From Eutreptiella sp. 'Long Island Sound 2002' (Eukaryota > Protista > Euglenida): a DNA stretch of 64,000 nt. Location: positions 166,904,001 to 166,968,000 of the forward strand of contig OZ038378.1 of NCBI GenBank assembly GCA_964036045.1, in the 5' to 3' direction. The notes under the pieces are model-generated. The model did no database searches. It had not been told where the DNA came from and saw only the letters and a program-made list of their open reading frames with translations. Shown piece after piece: positions 37,650 through 51,900 of the stretch (position 1 is its first letter; each line of letters begins with the position of its first letter). The position numbers and the translations under genes were made by a program.

Positions 37650-39509
37650 TTTCAGCTTCTCCATCGGCTGAAGCCCAGGAGGAGGAGCAGATGCAGCCTC
37701 TCTGGGCGACCAGAAAAACCCCACGAAGTGGGTCCTGGCCGCCGGGTGCCTCTTGCACCGTCCAGCTCGGCTGGTGCTTCCCATGTCTGGTTGGTTCCTG
37801 TGTAGTACATCCCATTTCCCATGCCATTCCTTTTCTGGGAGAGAGAAGGTTCAGGTGAAATCTTGGCCCTCTGAGATACAGAACCTCGATAGAAACTGAG
37901 GAAAGAGACCTCAAACGGCTGCAGGGACACCAACTTCCCCCACTTTTCTTGCGGAAAAAACACTGCGGCCGAAACATGCGAGTATCTGCTCAAAGGTGCG
38001 TGAGAATAATCTGGCCAATAGCGATCGAATGCAACTGTACAAAAACGTCAAATCGACTCCGGCGTCAGTATCATATTTCATTCGCAGTGCAATCCTATCT
38101 GGAGCTTATCCCTCACAGCCCCCCCAAAAAGGAACAAGAACGAAGCCACGTTGTTATTCTGTGCTTCTGCTCTTGGTTGCAGCCAGAGAATTCATGGATC
38201 TCTTTGCGACGATCTGACAGCAGAGGCAGGACGGGCTTTTGAGTGACCACGGTCATTGCTTCAGTCACGTTGTGGTTGACGACTGCTGTGGGCCTCCTCC
38301 TCTTCGTCGGAATTTTCCGTCTCCCTGTCCTTCGGTTCCCAGTGGTGGCACCCTGGACGCACTCTCCATGATAGGATTCGTTTCATCCACACGTCCCATT
38401 GTTGATGTATCCTCAGGAGTTTGGTGTCTGAACGTTAACGATGCTGTGTTCAAATTGGCCCAAGACCTCCGAAATTTCCTCCCTGTCGATGACTCCCAAA
38501 GTGACTCTGGGGACAGCCTCGACAGTTTCCCTGTGCGCCGCGACTCGGGGCCGAAGCAACAATTGGCCAACTTCCCCAGCCACAATGAGTCGGGTCAGCC
38601 TCAGAGTACCCAGCCAAGTACTCAGGGCTCTACAGTGAGGCCCCCATCGGCCCGGGAACAGCAACAAATGGCCCGGTCTGGGGCCCTTGCATTCCCCAAT
38701 GCCCGGCGGTCCTCTGGCCAGTCCCAGACTCTGCCACAGTCCCAGCCACAACCCCAGCCCCAGCCCCAGCCCCAGCCCCAGCCCATTCAACAGCCCTCAA
38801 ACCCGTCTCTTCTTAGACCCCCGCCGATTGCGTCCTTCCATCAAGCGCAGGTCTCCTCCTTTGTGAATGCCCCCCCCCCCCAAAAGAGGCGCAATAGAGA
38901 CGCAATGGAGAGAATCATGGCTAACTCTTCTCAACAGAGTCAGGATCTCCTTGCTAGCGCCTCCAGCGCCTCCCAGGGATCAGTGGATATGTTTGGGGCC
39001 CTTTTGGACAGCCTCACACCTGACAGTGCCAGCAGTACCCCTATTTCACCCCCACGTCCCAAAAACTTGAGTGCTATTTTTTCAGGTATTAGCAATCAAC
39101 TTGACAAATTTCGATCTTCCTCTCAGAAGCAAAACCCACGACTTTCCGTGAGCCATGAGAGTACTGATTTGCTGTTTACCCCAAAAGAATACTTCTGCCA
39201 AAGTCATTTCTCCCGCCTCCACCCAAAAACAAACAAACAACGGTGTTGATCAGTCTGCTAGTGAAGCGGACAGTCGTGGAACGCCCCCGCAGAACCATTT
39301 TACGCCCTCACCTCTACCAAAGCTCAGAGGAAGCCAAGAAAGAAAAAGAGTATCGTAAAAAGTTCTACCGCAGGTCGCCGCACGCCCACCGAAAGAAAAA
39401 GCACCCGCCACATGCCAAGTCTCAGGATTATTGTGTGTTCAGGACGACCAGCACTCGCACTAGTTCACAGGAAAAGCCTTCACCAGACGTTTTAAGCGCC
39501 CCCACTTGA
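37650..39509 (+). pseudogene. Frameshifted coding-like ORF chain of unknown origin (includes the 336-aa S/Q/P-rich ORF 38239-39249)
   Basis: Consecutive open segments in shifting frames. No recognisable domain. It lies inside or next to the RING locus and may be transposon-derived. Confidence 0.35.
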
Positions 39510-42242
39510 TCCGTCTTTCCGGATGATGATTTCATTGTTGCTGCCGAATTTCTTGTCTCTCATTTGATCTGAACTCTCATTTTTGTCTCCCACACTTGTG
39601 CACTTTCTGTACCCTGTACTTGATGTCATTTACCAGTTGCTGTGATGACCACGGACGCCTGGTCTGACTTCACTGAGTTGGTTTCATTCAGAGGTTCACA
39701 CGACTAATGCCTGCCGCTTCGTTTAGGTGGGCAAGGAGAATGTCATCACAGGACAGGCAGGCAGCAAAATTTCCCCCAAGTAGCAAATTTCCCCCAGTTC
39801 CACCAAAAATTTGTGTGTTGATATGCAAGGGAATGACGCAAGGGGATGACCTATTCCCCGTGAGGAAAGAAAAGAAATTTCACAGTTGGGGAATGAATGC
39901 ACAGGGGTTGCAAGCATGGCAAACACCTTTGCGGGACACAGGGAGTTAGGGCTAGGGCTGTTGGGATTCAACCTCTTTTGCGCTGGGAGGAGGTGTGGAG
40001 ACACTATTGTGGATCCAGAGGGTTGTTCAGTGGGGCCAGTGCTCCTTTGTGATCACCCTTTCCAAAATCATGCAGAAAACACAAAATCATGCGTGCAATG
40101 TTGGTGTCAATGTAGGGGGGTGTTTGGCGTGCTGTGCGTGTGCTGTGCACAAAGTTTGTACAAGACCATACCCCAACTGTATAGTAGTGTTTAGTACCGG
40201 TAACGATGAGCCTTGTTATTCATTTATATGAGTTGCTTGCATGCCTTGCCCTCCTTTCGAGTGCATTTGTGTGTGTTGTTGTGCATGTCACTCAAAAAGG
40301 GCACCTCTTTTGGTGCTATGGTGATACATTCGGGTACCCTTTGTGGAACTACTATGTGCCCCCAAGCAATTAAGGCACTACCACACCATGTCGTAACCAT
40401 CGACTGCAGTTTCCTTGGTAGTCGTTTCTTCCATCTCATCCGCTTCTTTGGGTGACACTGCATTTTGGAGGTCTATCTTCTCAACCTCTTTATCGCTCAT
40501 ACGCCACTCATCCCATGCTAGCTCTTCGGGGGAGGTAGGTATTGCTCGCCACAAGTACAAGCAAGGATGGAAATTCCTAACCCTAAGGCATGGTTACGGG
40601 CTTACAGGTTACGGGCATGGCAGCCTTCATCCAGTTTGATGGGACTATCAATTCCATCTTTAGATGCTATCTCGTTGAGAACATTGAAAATCAGTACCTA
40701 ACCCGTGCTGAATTTTTCCCTGTTATTGTGCGCTGTGCTAGGACGCCCCCTAGCGCGGTAAGTCCAATTTGCCAGCATTGTTGGTACAGGGGCGAGTCCC
40801 GTTGGTGAACAACTGATTGGGGTTGGTGAGTCATGTTGGCATTCGTAGGTCCAATTTGTTGGCATTGTTGATGCAGCTGGGGATTGAGTCTTGTTGGTGA
40901 CAAGCTCAGCTCAAAATAAAGCCCATGAAAACACCTACTGCAGTGTACTAGGGATAGATTTAATATTGATGTCATTATTTGTGTGTTTGTGGGGGGGGGG
41001 GGGGGGCTTTGTTGAGGACCACCATAACGGACCATGCACTCCAAGTACTCGTGGGAAAGGGCAGTCTGAGGACCAGTGATGGCTCATAAATTGGGCTGCA
41101 AAGCAGCCCTGACTGCCTGAGGAAATTTTTTTTTTGAAAAAGGATTCTCCCATGATGCATACCTCACAACGATCATTGCTTTGTGCGGGATCGTTTTGAG
41201 GGCTCTATGTTGGGGCATCAGGGAGCCCCTCCCACGACCCTCCTGGGGCCGTTTGGTCTGCCGAATTTGGTGATTTGCGATTTGTCCGGGCGGGGCTGGA
41301 TGAGTGGGTGGGTGTTTTTGGGTCCAGCATGAGCTTCAATGTGCATGGGTCATGTGTGGGTTGTGTATGGGTACAAGGCGTGTCTGGGTCGCTTGTGCAT
41401 GGGTAGTGTATGGGTTAAGTATGATTCTATGGGCAGGAGAAAGCGAGTAAGAGCACCCTTTTCTTCTTTCATCGTTTCCTGCGGAAGGGCCGTGCTTGCA
41501 AGAACATGTGGGCGAGGTGAGTGCAGTCTGCCGCTTAGGACTAGCACAGGTCATGGGTGTTTGGTGTCTCCTGCCAATCAGAGCCATGGAGAGGGATGAG
41601 GGAGTTGTGCCCAACTCTGAGCTCCCCTCCCCCTCCCTGCCCCCAAGTCACACTTTTAGTGACGTGTGACAGGTATCGCTCAGAACGCTGAATACCATCT
41701 GCAGATTCCTGACAACTGAGTAATATTCACACAACAGTCCGGCCTAAGGTTCAAAGCCGTCCAAAAGTGGCGAAGTGTTGAAAAGCGGGGGCATTTTTGA
41801 TCAGCTGTAGCATTTTGTGACGGCCATTCTAAGCTCAAAACCCAGTAGTCGAGTTTACTCAATGCGAAGGCGTCCCCACAGCTTGTGAAAGGCGTCTCTT
41901 TATCAGTTTGGTTGCTTTGACTGCATATGGCAACCCAGCTTCACCGTGCACCTGTCTCTGGTGTCGACTTTTGCTGTGTTAATTCGGGCGTTGGACCAAA
42001 ATTCGTTCGATCAGGCAGCCGTGCTCCACAAGTTTGAGCAAGTGGGAGTTGAAGCCCAATTATCTGATGGCCAGAGTTCCAGGGTTCACTCTTTTTCGGA
42101 ATTCTCTGAACGTCCACAGCCATGTTGCAAATCCGCCTGGCTTTGAATTTGACGTTTGAGATGGCAAACAGAGCAGTGTCTTGCCTTGCCCTTTCCTCCC
42201 CACCGAATCCATTCTGCTGCCCACACGAACGTCCGCACTCAG

Positions 42243-44637
42243 ATCCACCAGGCGCGGTATGCAAACCAGTCCCCTCACAATTCGCCCCACTCCAGCACTC
42301 CCCATTCGGTTCACAACTCTCCCCATTCAGTTCAAAGTTCCCCCCATTCGGTCCAGAACTCCCCTCATTCGGGCTCCAGGGAGCAGATAGTGGAGCCCAA
42401 CCATGCGCACCCGATGCGGATGCAACATCCACATCCCATGCAACATCCACATCCCATGCAACATCCACAACCCATGCAACATCCGCAGCCCATGCAACAT
42501 CCACAACCCAGACAAGCAAAGCCCACTGCTGCCCCGGTGCAGAACAGGCCCATGTATCGAGAGGAGCATTGCATGCCGTCCCGGGGTTACGCCTCGCAGG
42601 TGCTTGTTCTATTGCTGTCCCAGCAAGCCTATGCCCCGTAAAGGGGAGGGAAGATCATGGACCAGGAGGTTGCAGAAATGGAGCAGGGCAAAACCGTTTT
42701 CGTACAAGGGTGATGCTGCACTTTGCCTGTGGGGTTCAGGGGGTGAAATTGCTGGCTTCGCTTATGAGGCAAGAGGGGGAGGGGCAAACATTCTCTTGTG
42801 CCAATCTTACTGCCGAGTCCCTGTCTACACTGCATAGCCCTTCAAGAGTGTGTAACCGATAGTTTTTCAAAAGTGCCAATTCACTTGAAGGGTTTTGTTG
42901 AATACAACGATTTGCTTACCATCGGGTTGGGTGGGTGGGTGGGTGTGTTTATGGCCATGCAGGGAAAAGGGCAAACCCCCTTCATGACGGGGGGGGGTTG
43001 ATTTTGGGGTGGGTGCGTGCTTGGGCCAGAAGTCACAGGCAGAGAAGCCAAACGATTCTAGTGCCTTGCTAATTTCGAGCAAAATTTCGGGTGACAGTGA
43101 ATATTTGACTATACATTGACTCATGGACCCAATGGACATTCGTACAGTGCCTGTCAATTGACCGGTAACCCCCCAGAGTGCCCGTGGTTCAAATGGTAGT
43201 AGTATTATTACTAAGGGTACACACACAGTCATTTGTGGCTAGCTGGTTGGCACAACTGTGCACCGTACCATTTTGGCTGGCCATCGGAACCACAATCTTC
43301 ACACACTCAGTCTGGGTCAGCTTCAAAATAAGAGTCTAAGGTAGCAGCTCAGATGGGGCCGCAGACATCAGAGTCACAGGTTGAGACGAATCTGTGGCCG
43401 TCAAGGCCGTACCACAGCCAGATTTATGAGGAACATAAATGGGAAATGGCTACATATCCCCATACCAACTTGGTCAGACTATCAACCTGCACATCAAGAA
43501 CCTGTAGTCCATTCAGCAGACTCTCTGTCTATCAGCAATCGTGAGAGCACCCCTTGGGCCGTAACCATGCCCAGTGCCATCCCCCCCCTCCCCCGCCTGT
43601 CAAAGAATCTAGAGACATGCTCATAGAGGCGCTGTGTGCCTACATATGATGATCCGGTCTGCCTTGGAAAGGAACTGTGGCCCTGTTAGCCTGCTTTGGT
43701 AGATTGTGTGGGCCCTTGACAGAAGACATGGGGCTGTGGCCTTGTTTATTTTCTGTTGCTGTTGAAATATTGACCATAAGGGAAACAACAAAAAACCAGT
43801 GGCCAAATGCCTGGAAATACTGCACTCCACTGATGGGTAACACTTCGTGATCCGGAACCCCCTTGCCCTGTGTTACATTGCATCAGCGGTGGTGAGCACC
43901 CTCTGAACTATACTGCTTTGGGAAAGAGTTGTGCGAACCCATCGCGCACCGGCATGGGAGGGATGCCAAGGGGCACAAGCAGCACTTCGAGGGACAACTG
44001 TCCCACTGTCACCCCATGAAAATACCTTTCTTCAGTCGCCTGGAAGAAACAAGTTAAACACTTTCCGGAACCTGGAAGTATCAACTGGCACACTTACTCA
44101 GCTTTCATGTCACCCCCCGCCCCCTCTCTGTATCTCAGTTCAGAGCACCACAGGGGCACATGGGTGAATCAATCTGAGCAAACGGGGGTCTGCCCTGGTG
44201 GTTCTACTGCATGCCACGACAAGCAGACAGAGGAAGAGAAGGCGAGAGGCTCACCGAGCAGCAATAGGGGTGTTGGCGGCGGCAGTTAGCAAGCAACAAT
44301 CGCTGGTGCACAGAGGCAGGCAGGAAGCAGTGTGGCAGCGCGAAGCATCCAATTTTCTGCTGGCGCGACCTGGTTTCTTGGGGATGGAGGCCCTGAGGTG
44401 TCTTCTTCGTTGTTGTGGGTGGGTTTTGGGTGTTCTGAACAATCTCTGTCCGAGCTATGCCCAGGCCATACACATGCTCGTGACCACACCATCTTTCAAT
44501 CACAGGGCAATGTCAGAGTCCATCCGCAACCGAATCCCTCGCACCCACACGTCTCGCCCTCATACATGCAGCCGACCCCTACCCGCGCTGGGTACCAGGG
44601 CACGTACCCCACCCGGATCGCCAATCCACCGCGCTAA
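42243..44637 (+). CDS. Probable last two exons (42243-42599, 44506-44637) of a low-complexity His/Pro/Gln-rich protein, possibly the RING gene C-terminus
   Basis: Splice signals are cactcag|ATC...TCG CAG|GTGCTT and aatcacag|GGC...CGC TAA, all phase 0. The translation holds (SPHSVQ/HN) and (MQHPHP/QP) repeats followed by a P/Y-rich tail. Linkage to the RING exons was not shown. Confidence 0.55.
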
Positions 44638-45904
44638 ACCTTCCGCCTCTGGAACCTCCCCTGAGGACCGTGTACCCACTGACCAGACCGTCACGTCTTC
44701 GCCTGCGCTGCCTCGCCAGTGTCCGCATCCGCAAGGATCTCAGGAGGACGGAAGGACTCACATCAGAAGTGAGGACCAGGGGGCATTTTATGGCATGGCT
44801 TTGGGGGGATCCTCTACCCTTTTCGGCCCATGCAAACCCGCAAACCCCGTGCGGATGCGCTTTCGTGGCGTGTGCACCGCGTCCTGCCGCAGAGCACTGG
44901 CTCGCACCTCTTGGCTCTGGCCCCGAACGGGGGATTGTGCAACTTCGCAGCATCGCAGTCCAGGCACGGCCCCACCTGAGCCCCTGGCAAGCCCCAGCCA
45001 ATGGGGGGCCCAAGCATACAACCCCCATGGACGCTCAGGCCAGGCCTGACTTTTGTTTCTTCTTTGGCTCAGCCCCCCCCACCCCCCTGGACCCCCCTCA
45101 CGAAAATTTTCAGAGTGCGATGAAAGGAAATGTACTTAAGAACCCCCCCCTCCCCCCACTACAACACCCCTTTCACGCATAGGCCTGCCCGACAGGCGTT
45201 TCGCCAGGGTCCAAATGGACTCAGCACCCGCTTCTTGTTGCTTTTTGTGGGACCCGGACCTGCAACCGGACCCTCTGCCTCTCGAGGCACCTCAGTCCCC
45301 TCCAGTTCTCGTGCTTCTTCCGCATTGGCACCCCTCGGCCGCTTTTCATGTCCCTCATGCACTCACACCCCGCCTCCCGCCGTTCCCCCAAACACCGAAA
45401 GAAGCTCTGGAGCCGCAGCGCAGCGACCGGCTGCTCGTCTACTGAGCCATGCCCATGTGTGTTTTTTGGGGGAGGGCGCATGCGCACGAGTGCGCATGGG
45501 GGCCTCGGATCGCTCGTGCCCCATTGGCCGTAGCAGATACTTGCCAATGCGTCGACTCCAGTTCAGGCCGGCAAAGCATAGACACCTTTCTGGTGGTCAG
45601 GGGCACCGTGCAGGCCAGTGTGATGTCACGAGGCGCCCCGGAGATCAACTCAGGCAGCACCCCTCTGCCTGCACGACGATGATGCACCACGACGCACCCC
45701 GTTTCAAGCGGGGCGTTCGTCAAGTATCCCTCTTGTGTTTCGGGCTTTTGCGGGTCTCTTTTGCGGCCGACCGGTGGTCGGTGCATAACGTGCCGACGGC
45801 AGAGGCGTGTACCGGACGGCATTTTGCGCGACCGATGGTGGTCTGTTTGGTGCCGGCGGCATAGCTGGAAAATTTTTATTGTGGGGCGTTGAGGACAGGC
45901 CTGA

Positions 45905-46195
45905 GGGAAGCTCAGTGGGCGGGTCCTACTGAATGCCTGGTCGGCCCGGGATCGGAACTTCAGCTCCGTGGGTAGGTCCCAATGAACACCTGATGGTCCC
46001 GGAATGAGGATGTGGATGACTCCTGCTGAATGACTGACGGGCCCGGGATGGATGCTCCAGCTCAGTGGGTTGGTTCTACTGGATGGCACGAGATGCGAGG
46101 GATGGGCACTGATGCTCCGTGGGCAGGTCTTCCTGAAGGCCTGACGCGTAGGGTTGGTATGCTCGGTGGGCAGGTCCCACTGAACGCCTGGTAGC
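45905..46195. repeat. About five spaced imperfect copies of a ~30-bp motif GCTC(A/C)GTGGG.AGGTCC.ACTGAA.GCCTG
   Basis: Visible in the sequence. The minus-strand translation gives DLPTE repeatedly, in different frames. Confidence 0.6.
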
Positions 46196-48439
46196 CCCTG
46201 ATGGCCGTGTCCGATGGAGTCGGTGCATATTTTCAAGCCAGAGGTTTTCACAGAAAGTCTGCGCCAACCCGTCGTCAATGAATACATGCCCCCGCCCCCC
46301 CCCCGGCACTCCCGCGGAAGAATCTCAGTTCAAAATGTCGGGAGGAACCCCCGTCCCCCGCCCCCCTGTGGGACGTTTCCCATGTCAATCGTGGTGAGCA
46401 CCCTCCGAACTTCACTGTCCTGGAATGACGGAATGTGAAGCATGCCAGCGCCGGCAGGGGGGGGATGGCAAGGGGCAGAAACAGCGCTTGTGAGTCGAGG
46501 GACAACTGCCCCCCTCTCCCGTACCAGCAATACTTTTCCCCAGTGGCTTGGGATAAGCAATGTCGACAATCTATTCCTCACGACCCAAACCAGCGCAGAC
46601 ACCGGAAGTACCATTTGGCACACTTACTCAGCCTTTATGGCCCCCCCGCTCGCCTCCCCCCCCCCCTCCTGGCAAGCTGCCGGCCCTGCCAGAAGAAACT
46701 CGGTGACCTACCGCCTCGGCATCCACGTCCTCTGAATCCTCTGCTTTGGGCGCTGATGATTCCTTTCATGTGTGATGCATCATCTCTGTACAGTCCCACA
46801 CAAGCACATCATGTGATATTCTAGAACACCTCATGCCCTTTTCTGTCTGTTCTTGAGACAATGGGATTTGCCTCTGCTTTGTTGGATTATAGACAGAGGT
46901 TTTTAAGTGGCAGAACTGCGGCGAAGTTATGGCGGATCGCGGTTCCGCATGGCGGTTGGTGTGTAACCGACAGCAGTTGCTGGTTAGCCGGAGCCTGCTG
47001 GAGTTTTGGGGGCCAAGGTCTCCGGCAATTTGGTGAGGGTTGTCGTTGGCGATTTTGTTAGCGATTTCGTTTTCTTTCATGAAGGTCCGCCGTGGTTCTG
47101 TCTTAATCCCGGGGTTGCTGCACTTTCGTGATGCTTCATTCTTCTGTTCATGCCTTTCTCGGTACAACTGACAGGCAGAAGGATGGAGGGAAGGATGGTG
47201 TTGCGGCGTATGGCTGCAGCACCCTATGCCTTGAGCCTGCCAGTGCCCGCGTCGTGCTTTCGCTCACGCTCCGCTTTCTTCACCCTGCTCTTTGCTGTTT
47301 CGTGGTGCTGAAAGATGTGAGATTGTGAGATTTGCAGTTTTCTGGAGCCTGTTTGGATTCATCAGGATGGGGTCCATCCAGACGCCATCCAAATTCGGGA
47401 TTGACCCCCTGATGCCTGATGCCCAATTTCGGGGGTTTTGGAGGGTTGTGAAGGGCTTTGGAGGAGTGTTGACAGCTGTGGAGGGTGAAGGTTGTGGTGG
47501 GTCGCGGAGGACTGATGCAGTTTGTGCAGGTTTGTTGAGGGTTGTAAAGAGTTGTCGTTGGGGGGGTAAATGAATTCAAATTACGAACCCCCACGTTTAC
47601 CATAAAGGGGAAGCGGCGGCACAGTGTCCGCACGATGCGCAGCTGCTTTCTCCAAACCTGCGTCCCAGGGAACACCCATCTTCTCTTTGGCGCATGCAAG
47701 TGGCATTTCTTTGTTCCAGGTCCGGCTAGTGGAGATATCAACTCAGGGTAGCTGAATCAGGTGCCCCCAGCCCCCCTACTCACCCTTCCCGTCCCCCTCC
47801 CCTACCCCCTCCGGGCAGCAACACGTTCCCCCGCCGCCCTTTACCCCCCAGGACAGGAGGAACATGGAGAGCCCGAAGGAAACTGGGCAGGGAGAAAGGG
47901 AAACACAAGGGGAGGTAACAGGGCAGGGCAGACTGCGCTTGCCGAAAGTGGTGCATAGCGCAGAAGGAGGCAAAGGAAAGGACAAGAGGGAAAGACTGAT
48001 TGTGGTTGTTGGTTAGCCCCATGTCAGGAAAATCCTGCAGATGCACACACCAGGGCGCACAAGTCAGTGCTGGAGTCGGCAAACCCAGCATGTACTTGGA
48101 GTGTGCATCTGAATGCACCTGGTCAACGGCACGGGCAACAGCCCGTCTCTGGGACAGCCGACCCGGAGTAGTCAAACAGGACAAGTCATCCAGGGGCTCC
48201 GTTGACACAACCAAAACATGTTCGGACCCACAGAGGGTCGGAATATGCAATGGTGAGAGGCCAATAGGCGCTGCCAAAGGCAAACAAACCAAAAACCATG
48301 GCCTCGTGCCACCCCACCCCCCCCAAAGGGCTTGTTTGAACTTTCAGGCGGCAGAGGTGCGGGCCGTGGACCGTGGTTGGGGATCAGTGGTGTGTTGGCA
48401 AGTGGCAGGTACCCGACGGGGGTTGGAGATTAAATGGCA

Positions 48440-48900
48440 GGAGCTGCTGGCTGGTCGGCGTGCTCTCTGCCGGAATGGGTCCGGTTGCCACCTGCCCAGT
48501 TGAGCAGCAGCATAAGACAGGCTCGCTGTATTTCAGCGGTTCCTATCTCTTGTTCTGTATCAAAAAACGGTGCTATAAAGCCCTAATCCAGCAAGCCTGA
48601 CAGATGTGCTCAATAGGATCTGGCCCTGCGTATGGCAGGTTTTGCCGAAAGAACGTTTCCAATAACGAAGCCCCCCGTAACCATATCCCTGGACACACTG
48701 TGATACAGAGGGTATGCGTCTGCGATTCAAGCATTCAAGGCCAGCATTACGCAGTGCAAACAGTGAAAGCGACTTATACCATTTGTCACGGGTCACTGTG
48801 ACAAGTTGGAGTTGCGGTGTGTTGAGGTTTCAGCAGAGCTGTTCCCAGACCTGGTGTCCTCGCTGAAAGGTTTCATTCTCTTGAAAAAGCGCCAGCTGTG
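48440..48900 (-). mobile_element. Highly degraded non-LTR (LINE) reverse transcriptase relic
   Basis: Minus-strand pieces VTRDKWYKSL...ALR, QGQILLS and AEIQRACLMLLLNWA lie in the order expected for a LINE RT. There is no intact YxDD. Confidence 0.4.
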
Positions 48901-51900
48901 CTGCATAATTGGATGGTCAATCCTCCGCTAGTTGCCTGTGCATCGCTGCTGCTCAGGGGCCTGGGTTTAGGAACCTGCATCTGCCTCACAGCAGCAAACC
49001 TGCGCGTTGGACAGAGCCTTGGCCATGGGCTCAGCGCACTCTGTACATTTCCAGCAGTTCCAATTCAATCGCAGACCCCCCCCCTGAAGCTCTTCTGACC
49101 TACGCAACGTTCTGTGACCCTTACCACTGGCATATGTGGTTTTACTACAAGAAATTCACTTCTGTCTCTTTTGGCAGCCCTCGTTTCTGGCTTGTTCATT
49201 TCCTGATTTAGTCAAAGGGAGAACCTCCATACGCAGGGCTTCCCATACGGGACGAGATGTTACTGATTTTTTGATTCAGTCCTGGGCCTGTGTCTGGCAT
49301 TACACCCCGCCAGCTGTTGCTGGTTGACCTGCGGTTGCAGTCAACTGACCTTCGTTGGTGGTGCTCATGGCCCTTGGCGAATGTGCCAAATGCTTTTTGC
49401 CAACAACTTCTTTTTGGGTTTTTGAGTCAGGGTAAGTCCTGTCCAAAGGAGATTGTTCAGAGTGGCATGCTCCCCGCAACCCTATGATGTCCGCGGAAAC
49501 TGGATGTGCGCGCACGCGTGTGTGTGTATGTGGGTGCACTCAGCGCCTTTGTAGTGCCTGTTTGTCACGTTCAACGTGTGTGGGTGCAAAAATGCTGGGT
49601 ACGTGTCATAATGGGGCAAGCAACCCATTCTGGTGTCCGAAGTAGGCAGTCCGCTGCACTCAAAACCCTCGAACTTAAACATGGAGAGACAGCCTAGCTC
49701 AATATGAATATGTAATTAAGATATGTAGTGCACATCCATTTCCTCCGCATTTCTGGTCTGTCATGCATTTCTGTGAAGAACCACCAATCGCAATGCAAAT
49801 TATTAGGGCACAATCAGGGCCAAGAGTCATAGGCATGAGCAACAAGGGCAACTTTCAGGATCCGGTGGCCAATGGGGTATTATGGAAATCCTTAGATAAT
49901 GGGAACAAGAAGAAGACGACGTTCAGTGCCAAAACCCGCAGGTGTATGACGTAAGGCGTTGTTCAAAGTACCGCAAGTATCGGGACCATCTTCATTTGGG
50001 ATTTTTCTGGAGCTTGGACGATTGTACTCCTTCAGCCTTTTTGACGCCCCCGCCCCCCCCGGGGATGCTTTATGCAAGAATCATCCAGGATCAAGAGGGC
50101 ACAGCCATGTCACCCCTCTGCAAAAACACAGATGCCCCCAGGAGTACCTTGTCTTCCGCTATCCCCCACTTGTTTTTAACTATCTCCCAGCAGATTAAGG
50201 TTGCAAACCCCTGACTCCTGTGCGCATGGACCACAAGCCAAACAACAAGATCCTCTGATTAGCCACCCCCCGCTTTTATTTCTGAATCAGCCAACTATCC
50301 TGCCTGACCGCAACGATCTATTCTGCCAAGTTCTGACAGCATTGACTACAGCAGCCCACTACTCTTCCATGGATTTAGCATGCGGCTTTTGTGGGCCACT
50401 CTCCCTCTCTTGCACATCTTCAAGATGTTGACAATGCCTGGATGGGGTTGTTGTTTTGTTCTGTTTTGGCTGCCTTTCTTCCAGCCCTGTGCACCAGCAC
50501 AATAGGCTGGCAATAAGGTTGTTGCATTTGCCCTCTCAAACCTCAGATTGGGTGACTTTGGCTTTGCATAGGGTGTTCGTTCGTTCTTTCAATTTTTTGA
50601 TGTTTTCGCTCATGGCATCTAAGGCATTGGGACATCCACAGTGGGTACCCATGGCTGCCCTAAAGTTGACCAAGCAGGCGTTTTTTTGTGTTGTCTGTTT
50701 GAGGTACAGGGGAGCGCTTGACACGCTGTGTGTGCGGCTGTTTGGGGACGCAAAGGGCCACAATGGGCCCAGGGCAGGGGTTTGCTTTAGTTTTCATTCT
50801 GGCAGGGGGGAGGTCCCTCCTAAACCCACCCCCCCCTCTCGCTCCAAATCAGGTGAAAAACAGAGTTTTTCGAACGTTTTTCATCTGCCCTGCGCCTTCG
50901 GTGCGCCTGGTCATTGGGTCATTCCGCTTTTCCCCCATGCTCTTTGTGTTGCAGATACCATGTCTCAACGTCTCATAAGTGCATTGTTCAGCTCCCAGGT
51001 CCATCGTGCCCCCATGCAAAACCCGAAGACGTTACGATCGCGAATCTCTGTTTTCGTTTTCAAGACAGATGGACTGGGAAGAAAATACAAGAGGCATGCA
51101 ATGCTTTTCTCAGCACTCCAATCGCAAATCTGTGTGAGTTTGGAAGACAAGCAGCAGAAAGCAGCAGCAGAAAGCGCACCATGAGACCGTGAAGTGCAGT
51201 GCCTGCTGCATGAAGTTTTTGCCATGCAGTCAGTTGTGTGTGCGGGCTGGGCAGTACGGCTGCCGCAGACACGCAACCTGTTGCAGCATGCGTGTTCACA
51301 GCCTCAAAAGAGCTGCGCTATCCTGCACCTGAGATCCCAACAAAAACTAAAAAGGCAACCACAGCCACAAGAGTATATGCTGACTGGGTCGTTATCCTGC
51401 AATTGCCAGTTCTTTGCGAATTTGGTACTTTCTGGCATGGGGGAGGATCCCCCCCCCCCCCCTCTGCTGGATCTCCCCCCCCCCCCCCTGCTCAAGCAAA
51501 ACCCTGCCCAAGGGCTATTCCACAGATTATGAAGCGGGTGCCAATTGTGTTGTGCTCTTGGTTGCGCTATGTGTGTGGGAAGGAGGGGTGATTATACAAT
51601 TTTTGTGGCTAAAGCGTTGCTCATCTTCGGGGCCATTTTGGGAGGCTTAACAATCAGGATGTTCCCAGTGTACTTGCTGCAAGCGTAGTGTGTGGTGGCT
51701 GGTGTGTAGGGAGAACAGCAGGGCAGCAGTGTGGGTGAAATAAGATAGCCGTGTTTCGCTTCTGGGTGGCTCAATGGGACAGGTTTTGCCAGTTAGCCAA
51801 GAAGCACATGGAGAACGTCTGGTGGTACGTCGGAAGGGAGTTGCTGGTGGCCCTTCACATGAAAATGCAACGGCTGAAGGTCAACAAGGAATCATGTGAG

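Noticed and set aside
40224-40560. Possible gag zinc knuckle (CLNCLGAH) on the minus strand
   Set aside because: The CCHC pattern is incomplete, broken by stops, and has no linked pol.
44198-45864. Long ORFs of 283 aa and 244 aa
   Set aside because: No domain signature; GC-rich sequence open in several frames. Only the splice-bounded 44506-44637 segment is supported.
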